Shown: positions 52,446 to 64,000 of the stretch, piece after piece
Numbering within the stretch: the first letter of the stretch is position 1
Layout of the letters: the number at the start of each line of letters is the position of its first letter
Assembly: GCF_030684315.1 (NCBI RefSeq)
Contig: NC_081355.1
Coordinates: 57,645,909-57,709,908, forward strand
Source: Stegostoma tigrinum
Lineage: Eukaryota
Length of the DNA stretch: 64,000 nucleotides
Direction: 5' to 3'
Made by a program: the position numbers and the translations under genes
Notes under the pieces: generated by a model
Told to the model about the DNA's origin: nothing
The model's input: only the letters and a program-made list of their open reading frames with translations
The model's database searches: none

Positions 52446-52459
52446 CTGCCATCTCCTGG
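52446..52459 (-). promoter_or_regulatory. CTCF site between HoxA7 and HoxA9 (C7|9 position)
   Basis: Minus strand CCAGGAGATGGCAG(TG) closely matches the CTCF core CCASYAGRKGGCRS. Same orientation as the 5|6 site. Confidence 0.75.
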
Positions 52460-55415
52460 TGAATATGTAAAATGGCAACTAGGAAAATATAGGCTGAGAA
52501 TGCACGCAAACCCTTTTTAAACTGCGAAGAAGCCAATACCTGTATCGTTTTTCACAATGATCGTTCTTATATCTATAACGTTTAATTGTAAATAGAGTTA
52601 AACCATGCTTCAAAATAGCTAAAAGACCTGTTATTTTTCCACTAGACGCAATAAATTAGTGAAGAGATATTTGAGGGGCCCGTGTTAAAGACGAGACTAA
52701 TAAAGGTCGTTATTTCCGCAGACCCTTTTGTCTAGGCACCCAGACAAAACAAATGGATCGCCTTCTCTGGAAAAATACTGATTGTAGCTGGACAGTTGTA
52801 AACTCATTAAAAAGCGAATTCCAGACGGCTTGCCAGACCCTTCATTTTATTGCAAGTCTCCTTGTGTAGTCTTTGAAGTTCCAGATGCAACAACAGAGGG
52901 CGTCACAACATTATAACCGCTCAGGCTGAGCCCACTTCTTTAAAAAAATATTTTTGAAATCAATTTCGCCATTGTTTAATGAAATAATAAAACAAAACAA
53001 TGATTGAAATGATACTCGAGCGTTAGCCGGCAGATACTGAAGAATACTCCAAATAAAGACCGTCAGTGTCGTGGTTTATGCACTTCGCCCCCTTAACCTC
53101 CAGCGTTTTACACCCAATAAACGCTTACAGCAGTCATTTGCTTTTATTGCGATACACCACTCTGGATTTTACTAACAACAGCCACTGCCAAGACTTCTAA
53201 CTACTCGGGCCTCTCTGCCCAGTTTCCAAATCATCTGAATCCCACTAAATCTATCCAAACTGTCGTCGGGGTCTTTAAAAAAAGTTACTAGGGATCTTAC
53301 AGTTGGAAGGAAAGTTACAAAAAAAAAGCCAAACACTACCCAACATTCTCTTTAGACTAATGTACTTTTCTTCCGAAGAACTCGACAGTGCTGGGTTGAC
53401 TAGTTAAAGAAATGGCGGCAGGGATTTGAGCCAGTGCGACTTTCTAGAATTATTTGCCTCGTTATAATGCGATAAAATCTCAACAATTTTGGACCTCTTC
53501 ACACGGACAAGCAACTCAAGATTATTCATTCCAATTCGTAGCAGAAGTGCTGCATTTCTCGGATAAGTAGCGCACAACAAATCATATATATAACCAGAGG
53601 CCTTGGCCCATGGCCAGGCGACCGATAGAAGTTATTAATGCACAGTTTTGCACGTTCTCAGGTTAATTGGTGATAACCGGGCGTTAAGCTCAATCGCATT
53701 CTGAATCTTTGTCATGAGATCCGTTTCCAAGCCAATGTTGCTAGATCACACCTTCTATTTTCTTCCCTTTTTCATAAACTCCAATGCTATTCTAATTTTA
53801 GTTACCTCTCTAAGTCACGTTATGTCAACAGTGGCGATAACATTTCGTTGCAGTATTTACTAAGGGCAAGCCGAACTTCGAATCACGTTTGCAATGCCAG
53901 ATTTTGTAGCAAAATCCAAAGATTGAATGTGAAGTAGATCACTAATATTTGCAAACATTGTAGTTGGGTTATATTACGGGCACAGTTTTTAATCTTAGTA
54001 AGAGAACTGGGTGGTTTTCATTGCCATGACAATTTGATTCATTAGCTTCATTAACTCGTTCGCCTGACTATTTACGTTTTGATTCGCCTATTTAAAATAC
54101 GGTAAAAGGAAATGTGCACATTTTAACATTTTTCTCCTCGGAATGGAGAACTATGGGCATCCTGCAGTGCTGGTGAAGTAAAAATGTAATTGAGGAGTTC
54201 CATGTCATTCAGAAAGAGAGAGACCATATTTTATATGTAGTCAAACATATATTTTATTAGACAACAAATAAAATGACATTTCATTACAAACAGTATTGTT
54301 TGGTCAATATGACACGAGGTAATCATTTCAAACGTGTACACAAGTGTAAATGTGTTGCTCTACAGTTTTAAAGACGGCCCCCCTCCCCAGTTAAAACACA
54401 TTGGCGGTATATGTTATTTCTATTGCACCCAGGCATTTTACTTGTACACATTACATTTATTGACAATGTTGTTTGTTTACTTATTCCATCGCATAAATGT
54501 GTCAAAACAATTTTAAGGGTGACATTTACACACAAAACATAGGTAGTTACTAGTTATACATATAGGTAGTTTTAAACCAAATCTTACACTTTTCTTTGCA
54601 CCACAACACCGATAAATACAAAGTGTCTGAGAACTTTATTCGTGCTTTTCTCACAACAGACAAGAGTATCGTGTAGCATTATGCTCAGCGCTGCTCTTTG
54701 AAATACAACTTATATTAGCATTCTATGCAAATCAGTTTCATATAATTTCTGAAGAACAACACAATCGTCATGCACCCCGGGCAAGGCCGTTACTCAGTCT
54801 CACAAAGACAGCGAAAGCCTGGAGTTTCTACAGGTTCATTCACAGTGAAAATAATACAATATATGTTCCAAGTTCACCACGAAAATAACATTTCATATGC
54901 ACTAAACAGCCTGTTCTCTTTATATTAAACATCCTGAGTTAAATTGAGATATTCCTTTTTTTGTTTACACGATCTTGACTCGGACACCGCCCAAGCACAA
55001 AGGCCCAGTCACAGGGATAATCACGACAACAGACACAAGGATTCAAGTATATAAGCAGCCTCGTTTGCTGCATGTAAAACAAGTAAATATTAAACGAGTA
55101 CAGTATTACTGAATTACTGTCCACACTGAATAGTCGTGGATTAAGAAAAGGTAGTTTTCATGTAAAGTAAGGTAGATTCCGTAGCCACATACTTAACCTT
55201 GCCGTAAATGTCTCCCCTCTTTGGTTCCCAACTAACAAGTGTATCAGTCTTTTTACCCACCAAATGCAGTCCAGAACGGGCAAAAGAATAAATTGTGCTA
55301 ATGGGATGACAAAATGTACACATAGTCTTTCTGAAGCAGGGCCTAACTCGATTGTAATTGTGAATTAGTCTTTTTTTTTCTCCTTCACACACACACAGTA
55401 ATATTCTAATTCGTG

Positions 55416-55657
55416 TCACCGGTCGTCTTTAGGTCGTTCCTTGTTGATTTTTTTCATCTTCATCCTCCTGTTCTGAAACCAGATTTTAACTTGCCGTTCG
55501 GTGAGATTAAGGACTCTGGCAACCTCATATCTGCGGTCTCGTGTGAGGTACATATTAAACAAGAATTCCTTCTCCAGCTCCAAGGTCTGATGCTTGGTGT
55601 AGGGGCAACGTTTCTTTCTGGTAGATCTTGCATGCAGCCAATTGGCAGAAGGGTTAT
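55416..55657 (-). CDS. hoxa9: HoxA9 coding exon 2 (homeodomain)
   Basis: [74 protein letters not shown]; the STRKK and YTKHQ motifs are A9-type. Acceptor cacttctAG at 55659-55658. Confidence 0.97.
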
Positions 55658-56312
55658 CTAGAAGTGTGAAGGAAACACACTTAATATATTTTCCTTTTAC
55701 ACGCGAGTCAAAATGTTGCAAAGTTCTCATAATCAAAACACTAGTGCAGATAAACAAATCTTAAAAAAAAGCTGAGGTCGTGCTGGATGAATAAGGGTGT
55801 TGCTACACTTCTAAGTGTTTTCACTGACATTTCAACTCAATACGATTCGTCTTGCTCAATGAACAAACTCTATGAAAGGAGCCCAAAATAAATTAGAAAA
55901 AAAAATATTTTGACGGTCTGTAAATTAGACGTAAATAATCCAATACTGTGCCCAGTTGTTCTGAAATTCGAAATAATAATAGTTTGCCCTGCAGCTTTCG
56001 CCCATCATTTTTGTTTGCAACAAATGCACCTGAATTAGAGTTAATTAGATCAAATATCTTTCCCCCTCTCTTCTACAACGAATGGAAATTAGTTCAGTTC
56101 AGATCGGAGTTGTGCTCATGACACTGCCGAAATGTACAGCGTTAAGCTTAACCAATTGTTTGAAAACTGTTTTGAGTTATGTAATTAAATAAAATAACGT
56201 AACACTGGAAACAGATTTTGTCATCTCGCCGTGCAATGTAGGAATATGTAACCGTTTGAATTTAAAATCTTTGTCTGGAAAAGTAATACAAAAATGTGGT
56301 TTCCACACTTAC

Positions 56313-56853
56313 TTGGATCCATGTGTAGCTTATCTGCGTTTGACTCAATCTCTCCATTATTTTCAGTGAAGGAAACCTCGCTCACACGTTTGTCGACAGG
56401 AGAAGGTCCACAAGTATAATCTGAGAGGGCTAACGTGTGTGTTTCAAACGTGGTGCAGTCACTCCTGCGCGCAGCTACAGGCTCGGGCTTGATGCCGTAG
56501 TGTCTACTGGAAGGTAACCCGGTGAAAGACAGGGTTCCCGGCATGGGCTCTAGCCAGGAGCGCATGTACCTACCATCGGGCGCGGCGGCAATTGGCGCCT
56601 GGTGCATGTATGGGTGATAAACAGTGGGCATATTGGCAGAGCTCTGCGCATGAACGGGGCTCCAAGAGGTGCTGAACACGTTGGCTTTGGACTGGAAGTT
56701 ACATGGGGAGAAGTCGGGGTGCTCAGCAAGAGCTGTCTGTCTGGAAGACTGAGCCAGTGGACCCGAGACATATCTGGACGACAGCAGCTCCTCGTTCTCA
56801 TGCATGATAAGAGAGTCGACATAATAATTGCTGATAGTCCCTGATGTCGACAT
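56313..56853 (-). CDS. hoxa9: HoxA9 coding exon 1
   Basis: MSTSGTISNYYVDS start (ATG 56853); DGRYMRSWLEP and HYGIKPEP motifs; donor A|GTAAGT at 56312. About 260 aa when spliced. Confidence 0.96.
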
Positions 56854-56889
56854 TCTCGGCAATGACACCGCAAGCGCCTCTGAAAATAT

Positions 56890-57025
56890 GAAAGAGCAGA
56901 TTTCAATGTAACAACTTACCGCGGCGACAAGTACAGTCTGCTAATATGGTGCAGACGCACTTCCTCACCATTGGATAGGCTCCTCACGTGATTCAAAATA
57001 CAACAATAAAGTATAAATCAATCCG
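56890..57025 (-). promoter_or_regulatory. HoxA9 proximal promoter
   Basis: E-box CACGTG at 56985-56990, CCAAT (ATTGG 56970-56974), Pbx/Hox-like TGATTTATA near 57012-57020, and conserved leader AGTTGTTACATTGAAATCTGC. Confidence 0.65.
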
Positions 57026-58530
57026 CAGCTTGTAACAGGGTCAATCTTTTATAGGGAACATTTTATATAGCAAGCCCGTACGTTTTTTTATGCAAAGGGA
57101 TATAATCACCTCTATATATGGAAGCTGATTTCTTTGTTGCCAGCTGAAATGTGAAGCAAGTATTCGGTTGCAGTTCTTTTTTTAGGGGACTACTTTATAT
57201 CATAATCAATCTTCCCATCAGATGCTCGTTTTTTTTTTAACGAACACCTTATAATCGTTAACCTTCACATAAAAGATTATGGAAAGAGTGAAACTATAAA
57301 CTGCAGAAAATAACAACGAAGAAGCAGATTGGACAGGTATTTATTATTCATGCTTAATAAAATTAAAAACGCATTCTTGACATATAAAAATCGTTGACGA
57401 AGTTTTAAAGCGTACCTCTGAAAAGTAGCGTGTGTACCTGCAGCTGCTAAAGATCTCTCACTTAAAAAGAAAACGAAGCGCCCATAAAGCACATGTGACA
57501 ACCCTCGTTTTATAACAGTTTGAGCAATAAAACTACATGTTAGCAAACTATAGCCATTCTAAAAAGGCTTCTTTTTTCCACCTCCAACAAACCATAGCAA
57601 ACTACAACTTCCGCATCCAACGCGCTCTTTTAGTTGACAGATGCAAATATACAGACAAAATACATTTTTTGGGACGCCGGACAATTCTACCGTCCACTAC
57701 TTCAGGCTCGTGTAGTTTGGCATTTGCTTTAGTCACTCACTGGTACATTCTGTTGACAGTAAATCGGGAAATTCTCCCGCACAGAAAGTATTCGGAAAGC
57801 CGAACTGTGATATGACTAAGATACGTTCCTCTTAATAGCAAATACAAGCAAACGGTTAGATGCAGAAGCAGAATTAAACTTGAGTGATATTGCAGTAAAA
57901 TTAGAAAATATTCTTACTACGCTATAATCGGCCTATTAAACATTGTATGTGCAACTAATTACTATGCCTTAAAAACTAAGTAGGCCTCTCAGACATGCGT
58001 TCAGGGTATAAATATATCTACAGCGATGGACAATTTCACTTATATACAGTTAATAAAATTAACAACTGGGATGGAAACCAGCAGGCCAATACTGTGGCTA
58101 AATGTGACATGATTTTAACGTATATTATTTTTAACTTTTTTTGGAAAATGGATTAAAAATCCAGAAAAGAATCAATCTATAACACAGGTAATAATATGTG
58201 TTGTAGGTGCTTCTTTTTCGGTTAGCCTGGTTAATCAATGCGGTTATAGAATGCATTGTTTCATTTCACGTGAAAGAGATAGGCGTCATTGCATTTGTTC
58301 ATCCAATTCCAGTCCAGAGGATTTAGCAAGCACTGTGACAATATGATACTGGGGTGTGTTCCATTCTGTTAATCCTTTTGAAACATTTTAAATGTATACA
58401 ATAACTCAAAATCCAAGGAAACATTGTCAAAGTTATTCCAATCCAATGAAAAATTCTTCAATTTTTGAAAGACTTAGATCTTTGAAGACAACCAGTAGCA
58501 TGGCTTGGTATCTGCACTATCTAGTTTTCA

Positions 58531-58570
58531 AATGAGGCTAGTGGTCTTAATGAGGCTAGTGGTCTTAATG
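58531..58570. repeat. 18-bp perfect tandem duplication
   Basis: AATGAGGCTAGTGGTCTT x2 followed by AATG. Confidence 0.9.
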
Positions 58571-61500
58571 CGTATTTTATATTTTACAATTTATATGCGA
58601 ACATTTTGAGAATTTCTGCTACAAGTATAATTTAAAAATACCTACGGTGCATCTCGACGGAAGAAACTGTGTTAAATAAAAGCCCCAATCTTCAAAAACT
58701 ATCGTGAAGTTGTTGAGCTGCTTCGTGGATCACACAGCAAAGGAATATCCATAAAACAAAGACAATTTTTTTTAACCTACATTAGACCAAAGTGCTGGCG
58801 ACGGTCGTGAACCGCTTACTGCAGCTTCCCAACACCACCACCCACCCCCACCCCACACCTCCTCTTCCAACATCCGCTGGGTCTATGGACCCTTAATTCA
58901 AAATCTTTACGGTTAACTGAAATATAATTTCCTTTCCTCGATGTTTGGGTCCTCTATATCCCAAACTTTCTTTAGATTCCCGTGCATTCCTTATGGAGAG
59001 GGGGAGAATCATTCTGTCGCCTTTGAGCCAGCATTGACTATCTGGTCAGCGGAGTGTTACAGCGTCTCTGGCGGAGTGCTAAGGTCTAGAGCAAAATCGA
59101 GAACCATTCAAGTCCAGTGTTGAGCCTCAGAAAGAAACCGTTTTGTGTTTCCTGTGCAGATGGCCTGAAATTAGGACTCAAATATAGATTCTATATTTAC
59201 AAACTGAAGTTAGGGCGCTCCGAAACTGCGCAACGTTTAAAAGGGCAGTTCCTCTCTTGTAAATGTAGTTGTATTTAAGCCTAGAGAGAAAAAAAATATA
59301 AAATCAAGCCACCATTAAAATGCCTGAAAAAATTTGCCAACAACCTTGGAATGTGTCGCTTCTTTCTGTGCTGCATAACGATTTATAGATGTGCATGAAA
59401 TGTTTGATTTTAAATGATATTGTTGAATTCGTTACATTTAGCACAGTGAGTTCTCAGACACAAATGAAGCACTATATTCCCGCAAAAACCCCGATAATTT
59501 ATAAAATTTGCCCGGTTGAAACTTACGCCTCAGGCTTTTTGTTAACGTTCAATACAGGAAACTCGCATGTTCCTTACAAATTACAGCTCTGGAGCGAAGC
59601 ATTGTTTAAAAAGAGACTACGCAGAGACAAAAAGCTTCTAAAGTACGTGGATACAATTCACTGAAGGTCTCAGGAGGAAATTAGTATAATCACTCGAAAC
59701 CTCTACAGACTGTTCAGCAATAGTCAAAAATGGTGCAATCGCCCATTCTCAGCTTAAAACCCACACCAGACTACCGGAATTCAGCCTATTGTCATTTTAT
59801 AGCAAGACGAGTGCAGTGATAATGAATCTAGACTGCTGTAGATGCATGTGTTGTTTGGAGTCAGTCAATTTACCTTCAGATTTGTGCTAGGAACATGTGA
59901 ATTGTAAAATATTTTATTAATTCATGCAACCTTTACAGCACCCAAGGCTTCCTTCGAAATGCACGACTCGCATTCGCTTAGAAACTGTGCTCAATACTTT
60001 ATAATGCTACCCATCGAAGACTTATTTACTGAATGCACCTTGTAGACAGAGAGAGAAAAGAAAATCACAAATTAGGTATTTTCTTTTAAAACAATTTCAA
60101 ACCTGGGCTCAGAGCGAACGGTTGAAGTCAGAGACCACATTCGATAGGTGAAAGTTTTTGGCATTCTCACTGTATCGTTTAGAATAAAATTTAACTGCTG
60201 ACGCCTTTACTTCCGTTCAGATAACATCTGTGTGAAGTTGCAAAGCCAATTTGTGGGCTTGGAGAATGCTATGACGACGCGTGTTCAAAGTGATTTCATC
60301 ATTTTCGAGTCTAATTGGCGTATAGCGTATAATTTGGCAAAGATTTACAAGGTATGTGCAAAACATAAAATAAGACTGCCCAAATCCTGCAGGCATCTGC
60401 ACGAGACGGTTCAAATCTGGCCGAGCTGGTCCCGTAGCCACATTCAAGGGTTTAATTTCAGTAAAATCGTGACTGACGAATATCTCAAATGCCAAGTGTT
60501 ATGTTGGATGTTGGTTGCTTACGAAAGGTTGAAACGCTTTCTGGTTCACCCGCATTGATTCGAAATGAAATACTCCATTTACAACTGTGCAAATGGACCG
60601 CATACATCGGCTTTTCAAAGCCAAACCTCTAATTTGAGATTAAAAAGGGAAGTACAAAACTACTGTGGCTCCTTTCTTTTTTACAAAGCCAATAAATCGT
60701 ATAAGCCTCGAGACAATTTTGCGGGCAACCGATAAACTATAAAATTCTTAGTGAATGCTGAATGATACTTAAAGTGTAATATTTTTAATGTTACCATTAT
60801 AGTTGTGAAAACATAACAAGAAAGAAACGCACGAACTCACATTGTTGTGTGTTTAAATTGAGAAAGGCTGTTCTTCATTAATAATATCTAAATAAAACCA
60901 CAATCCACAATTTTCCCAAAAATGTAACAACTAAAGGAATATTTCCGATTTCTTGCCAAAGTGCATCGAAATAAAATACTCCGCAAATGAAAGGAAAGGC
61001 TTTTGGCTAAAGGTCTGTGCTGAACTGCCTTTTAAAAAAGGCCTGGCCACTGTCAGCAGTGATGTTTTGAACAGCACAAACTTGACTGTGCTTTTTCTTT
61101 GTGAATCTTTAAACCATGCCGAAGACAGCTTTCAGCTTCTGCAATCATATTAGGATAACATCACGCCTCGAATGCACAATAGCCAACATTTTCCAGAAGA
61201 TATCCTTTTGTATTATGCTGAAGAAAAAAAAAATCGAGACAAATGTTTTTAACTCACGTAAAGTATCCTTCTACAGTACGGCATGCAGTGATATACCTAA
61301 CAAAGAGGATGATATGATTTAATATTGCAAATGTGCTAGTTATTTTGTTCGAATTGAATGTGAAGTATTTACAATTGTAATTTCAGTTACACGGGTATAT
61401 AGGAAGTTGCAAGTAAAAACAATTCCCACTAAAAGATTCTCACAGCGAATCTGCTGTACTTAGTACAACGTAGCAAGACGACAATCCATATTTATATAAA

Positions 61501-62593
61501 TTATATATATATATGTTTTGTGAAATTAATTTAGTGTTGCATTCATAAATGAGCACAGAATTTTTCCTGTGACAAGGTTTACGTTGTGCAATCGTCTCGA
61601 TTCATAGATTGAAAATTAAGTAATTCCAATCGGATGGTCAACTCAAATCACTAGACCAACAGAATAGAGAGCCATAGTGTTTGTTTACTTGCTTTGCTTA
61701 GATTAAAGCTTCTGTTTGTCTCGTCTAAACAGCCAACATAATGGGACAAGTCTGCTTTCTGTGTTTAGTCTAGTTTCCTGCAGAGGCAGGAGCCGCCGAC
61801 CGAGCAGCGCTTCCACTACACTCCGCCGAGGTCGCTGTTTCGAAGAACAACACAAATTTACGCGCCTAGGCGCCATGTAATGATCATAACCGAGGCCTTG
61901 TGCTTTCAAGTAATTTCTTTGTCTTGCACATAGAGGAATGTATAAGTCTCAATGCGTATCCCAAAACGCTTGGCGCTTTCCTTTTCTATTTTAGATTTCC
62001 ATGGGGAAGTACAGGATCAGTTGTGTATTAAAGCTGCTCCATTTAGAGGATATGAAATTATCATGAAATATTCATCACTGACAAAAGACGAAATCTACAA
62101 TGCATCGATTACGCCGATGTGTAGATGAAATTGCAGTTATTTGCAGTAGTATTGTGCCGACCTGCATCAGTGTTTTAAAATAATCATTCAGCAGCGTATA
62201 TACACTGCCAGGAAATCTGAAATTGATCATATTTAATTTAAACGTGAACTTGATCGTTCTTCGAGAAAAAGAAGCAAATCTAATGTATTACGTTACATTC
62301 ATTAAATTCCAATTAACACAAGGTTAAGGAAGAATGATTCAATGTTTGCACGGCAGAGTATTAGAAGGCTGCTCTTCGCAAAATAATATACAAAGTTGTA
62401 CCAGTTTGAAAACGGTCTCTCGGAAAAAAAACATTTGCTATTCATTTTTTTTTAAAAAACATCGTTATTGTTGACAGAAAACATGCCATTTCACTGTTCG
62501 CCTTAGGAAATCAAAACATTTCACAACTACGTGATTATTAAATAACTGCGGTTTCTTTCCAAACCAGCGACAGAACTCACTGGCGAAGAGGAT

Positions 62594-62677
62594 AACTGCA
62601 GTAATTCAGGCAGTTTCGTGTTGTAGAGATAGACTTGAGCCCCAACAACATGAAACTACCTAAATCACACATCAGCT
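62594..62677 (-). ncRNA. mir196: pre-miR-196 (HoxA-cluster copy, mir-196b position); mature 5p at 62641-62662
   Basis: Exact TAGGTAGTTTCATGTTGTTGGG on the minus strand pairs with CTACAACACGAAACTGCCTGAA (62605-62626) across a short loop. It sits at the expected position 5' of Hox9. Confidence 0.97.
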
Positions 62678-64000
62678 CTATCTCGGCTCTTTAGATTCCT
62701 ATCATTGTACACACAGAGGACAGTCTAAATGTAAATTCAACAAGCTTACCAAACCAAAAAAAACAGTATGTCGTTTCTCGTCACAACCTCGCATGCAGTT
62801 TACCAGTTACGAAATACGTTGCTTTAACCTGCAATGTTGTGGGTCCCTGAAATAATTTCCCAAGTAATTCAGTTCTTGCGTTCCAGGCAGGAATCGTATT
62901 CAAATGAATGGATTTAATTGTAAATTCAGCACGAGAATAATTGTTGGTTCCCCACTAAAAATGGCGGGTTCTTTATTATCGCTGTGCAGGATTTCACGCG
63001 ATCTGAATGCATGTCATTCACTCTAGTGATGATAAGCCATAGCAACTTGTCTGCACTGCAATTATCACGAGTTCAAGGTTTGTCCGAATAAAAGAGCTAG
63101 TCAGATGACATAGCCTTTCGAGATAAATTTTCTTTCCCCCCACCAACCTTGTTCCCAACCCCTCTGCCAAAAAAAGACGACATGGTAACTTCAACTCTTA
63201 TCTATGAAAAACACTATTTTAATTTTAAAAGATAATAGATACAAAATAATGAGAAATAACCTCTTACCTATCAGCTTAAAATATAGGATAATAGGCCTAT
63301 GCATTCGTTCATTTTACAGATCTTACCTTCATCGTAAATGTGTCCAAAGGTCTTATCTGCTGCTTTTTTTCGATCCCTCACTCTGTTCTGATTTTAGCCG
63401 ATTAAAAGATCTGAAACTGTATTGTGCTCAGAGAAAGTCAATTTCCTACATCCGAGCCGTGCTCTGCTTCCTCTGTCTTCGTGGCTGTTCGCTCAACTGA
63501 AACCACTCGTCCAAGACAGCAACAACCCAGATATACTAGCAAGTCATAAAACTCAACAAAAGCCGACAAACGTTACAGCACCATTGCTATATAGCCCAGA
63601 CAAATTACGACCGTCTAGGTAATATTTAAATAGATTGTAACGGTAATTGCCAGTCTTTACACCCACCATTCCTGCTGTAAGCTTCCTCAACAGACAAGGT
63701 AAGAAAGAAATCGAACACGAAATGAGATAAAACAATATGCATGTACCTATCTCAAAGCACTCCGACCAAATACGTTTATTCATCTTTCATGAAAACACAA
63801 GTTTTGAAAACGTACACAGTGCAGCAGCAATAGGATTGAGCAGTATTTGAGTCTTCAAGTGAAAGCATTTCATCTTTGCAAACCCAAATGAATCAATTCT
63901 TTTTTTTCTAAATGTGAAATAACGGCAGTGAATAAAAGGTCCGACGTTCAACTCTTCTGTCCTTGCAACAATGTTTCACATTTAAATGTGATCTGATGTC

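Noticed and set aside
56880-56919. GTAAGT ... TTTTCAG pair in the HoxA9 leader
   Set aside because: Only 40 nt apart, too short for a normal vertebrate intron. The AG could serve upstream exons, but nothing in the window shows this.

Overview
Eukaryotic DNA: the central part of a vertebrate HoxA cluster, transcribed on the minus strand. It holds six intact two-exon homeobox genes in collinear order (HoxA3, A4, A5, A6, A7, A9) and a miR-196 hairpin upstream of HoxA9. Low GC, compact proteins, intact A6 and A7, and a shark-type tRNA-SINE point to a cartilaginous fish; the species cannot be fixed from the sequence. All coding introns are GT-AG, phase 1. The non-coding DNA contains three DR5 retinoic-acid response elements, CTCF-like motifs at the 5|6 and 7|9 positions, homeodomain/Cdx site clusters, E-box/CCAAT promoter modules, and miR-196 and miR-10 target sites. 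No intact HoxA8 and no miR-10 hairpin were found. The best leads are: (1) three faint, correctly ordered and oriented motifs between A7 and A9 that may be a fossil HoxA8; (2) splice signals suggesting a ~43 kb HoxA3 transcript that starts downstream of A7 and skips A6, A5 and A4; (3) the amniote Hoxa9T exitron has its donor and exact 173-nt spacing but lacks the AG acceptor; (4) poly(A) signals interleaved with miR-196 sites in the A7 and A9 3'UTRs. I see no wholly new biological system. The other short ORFs in the track look spurious. Homologies to published elements are from recall and were not database-checked.
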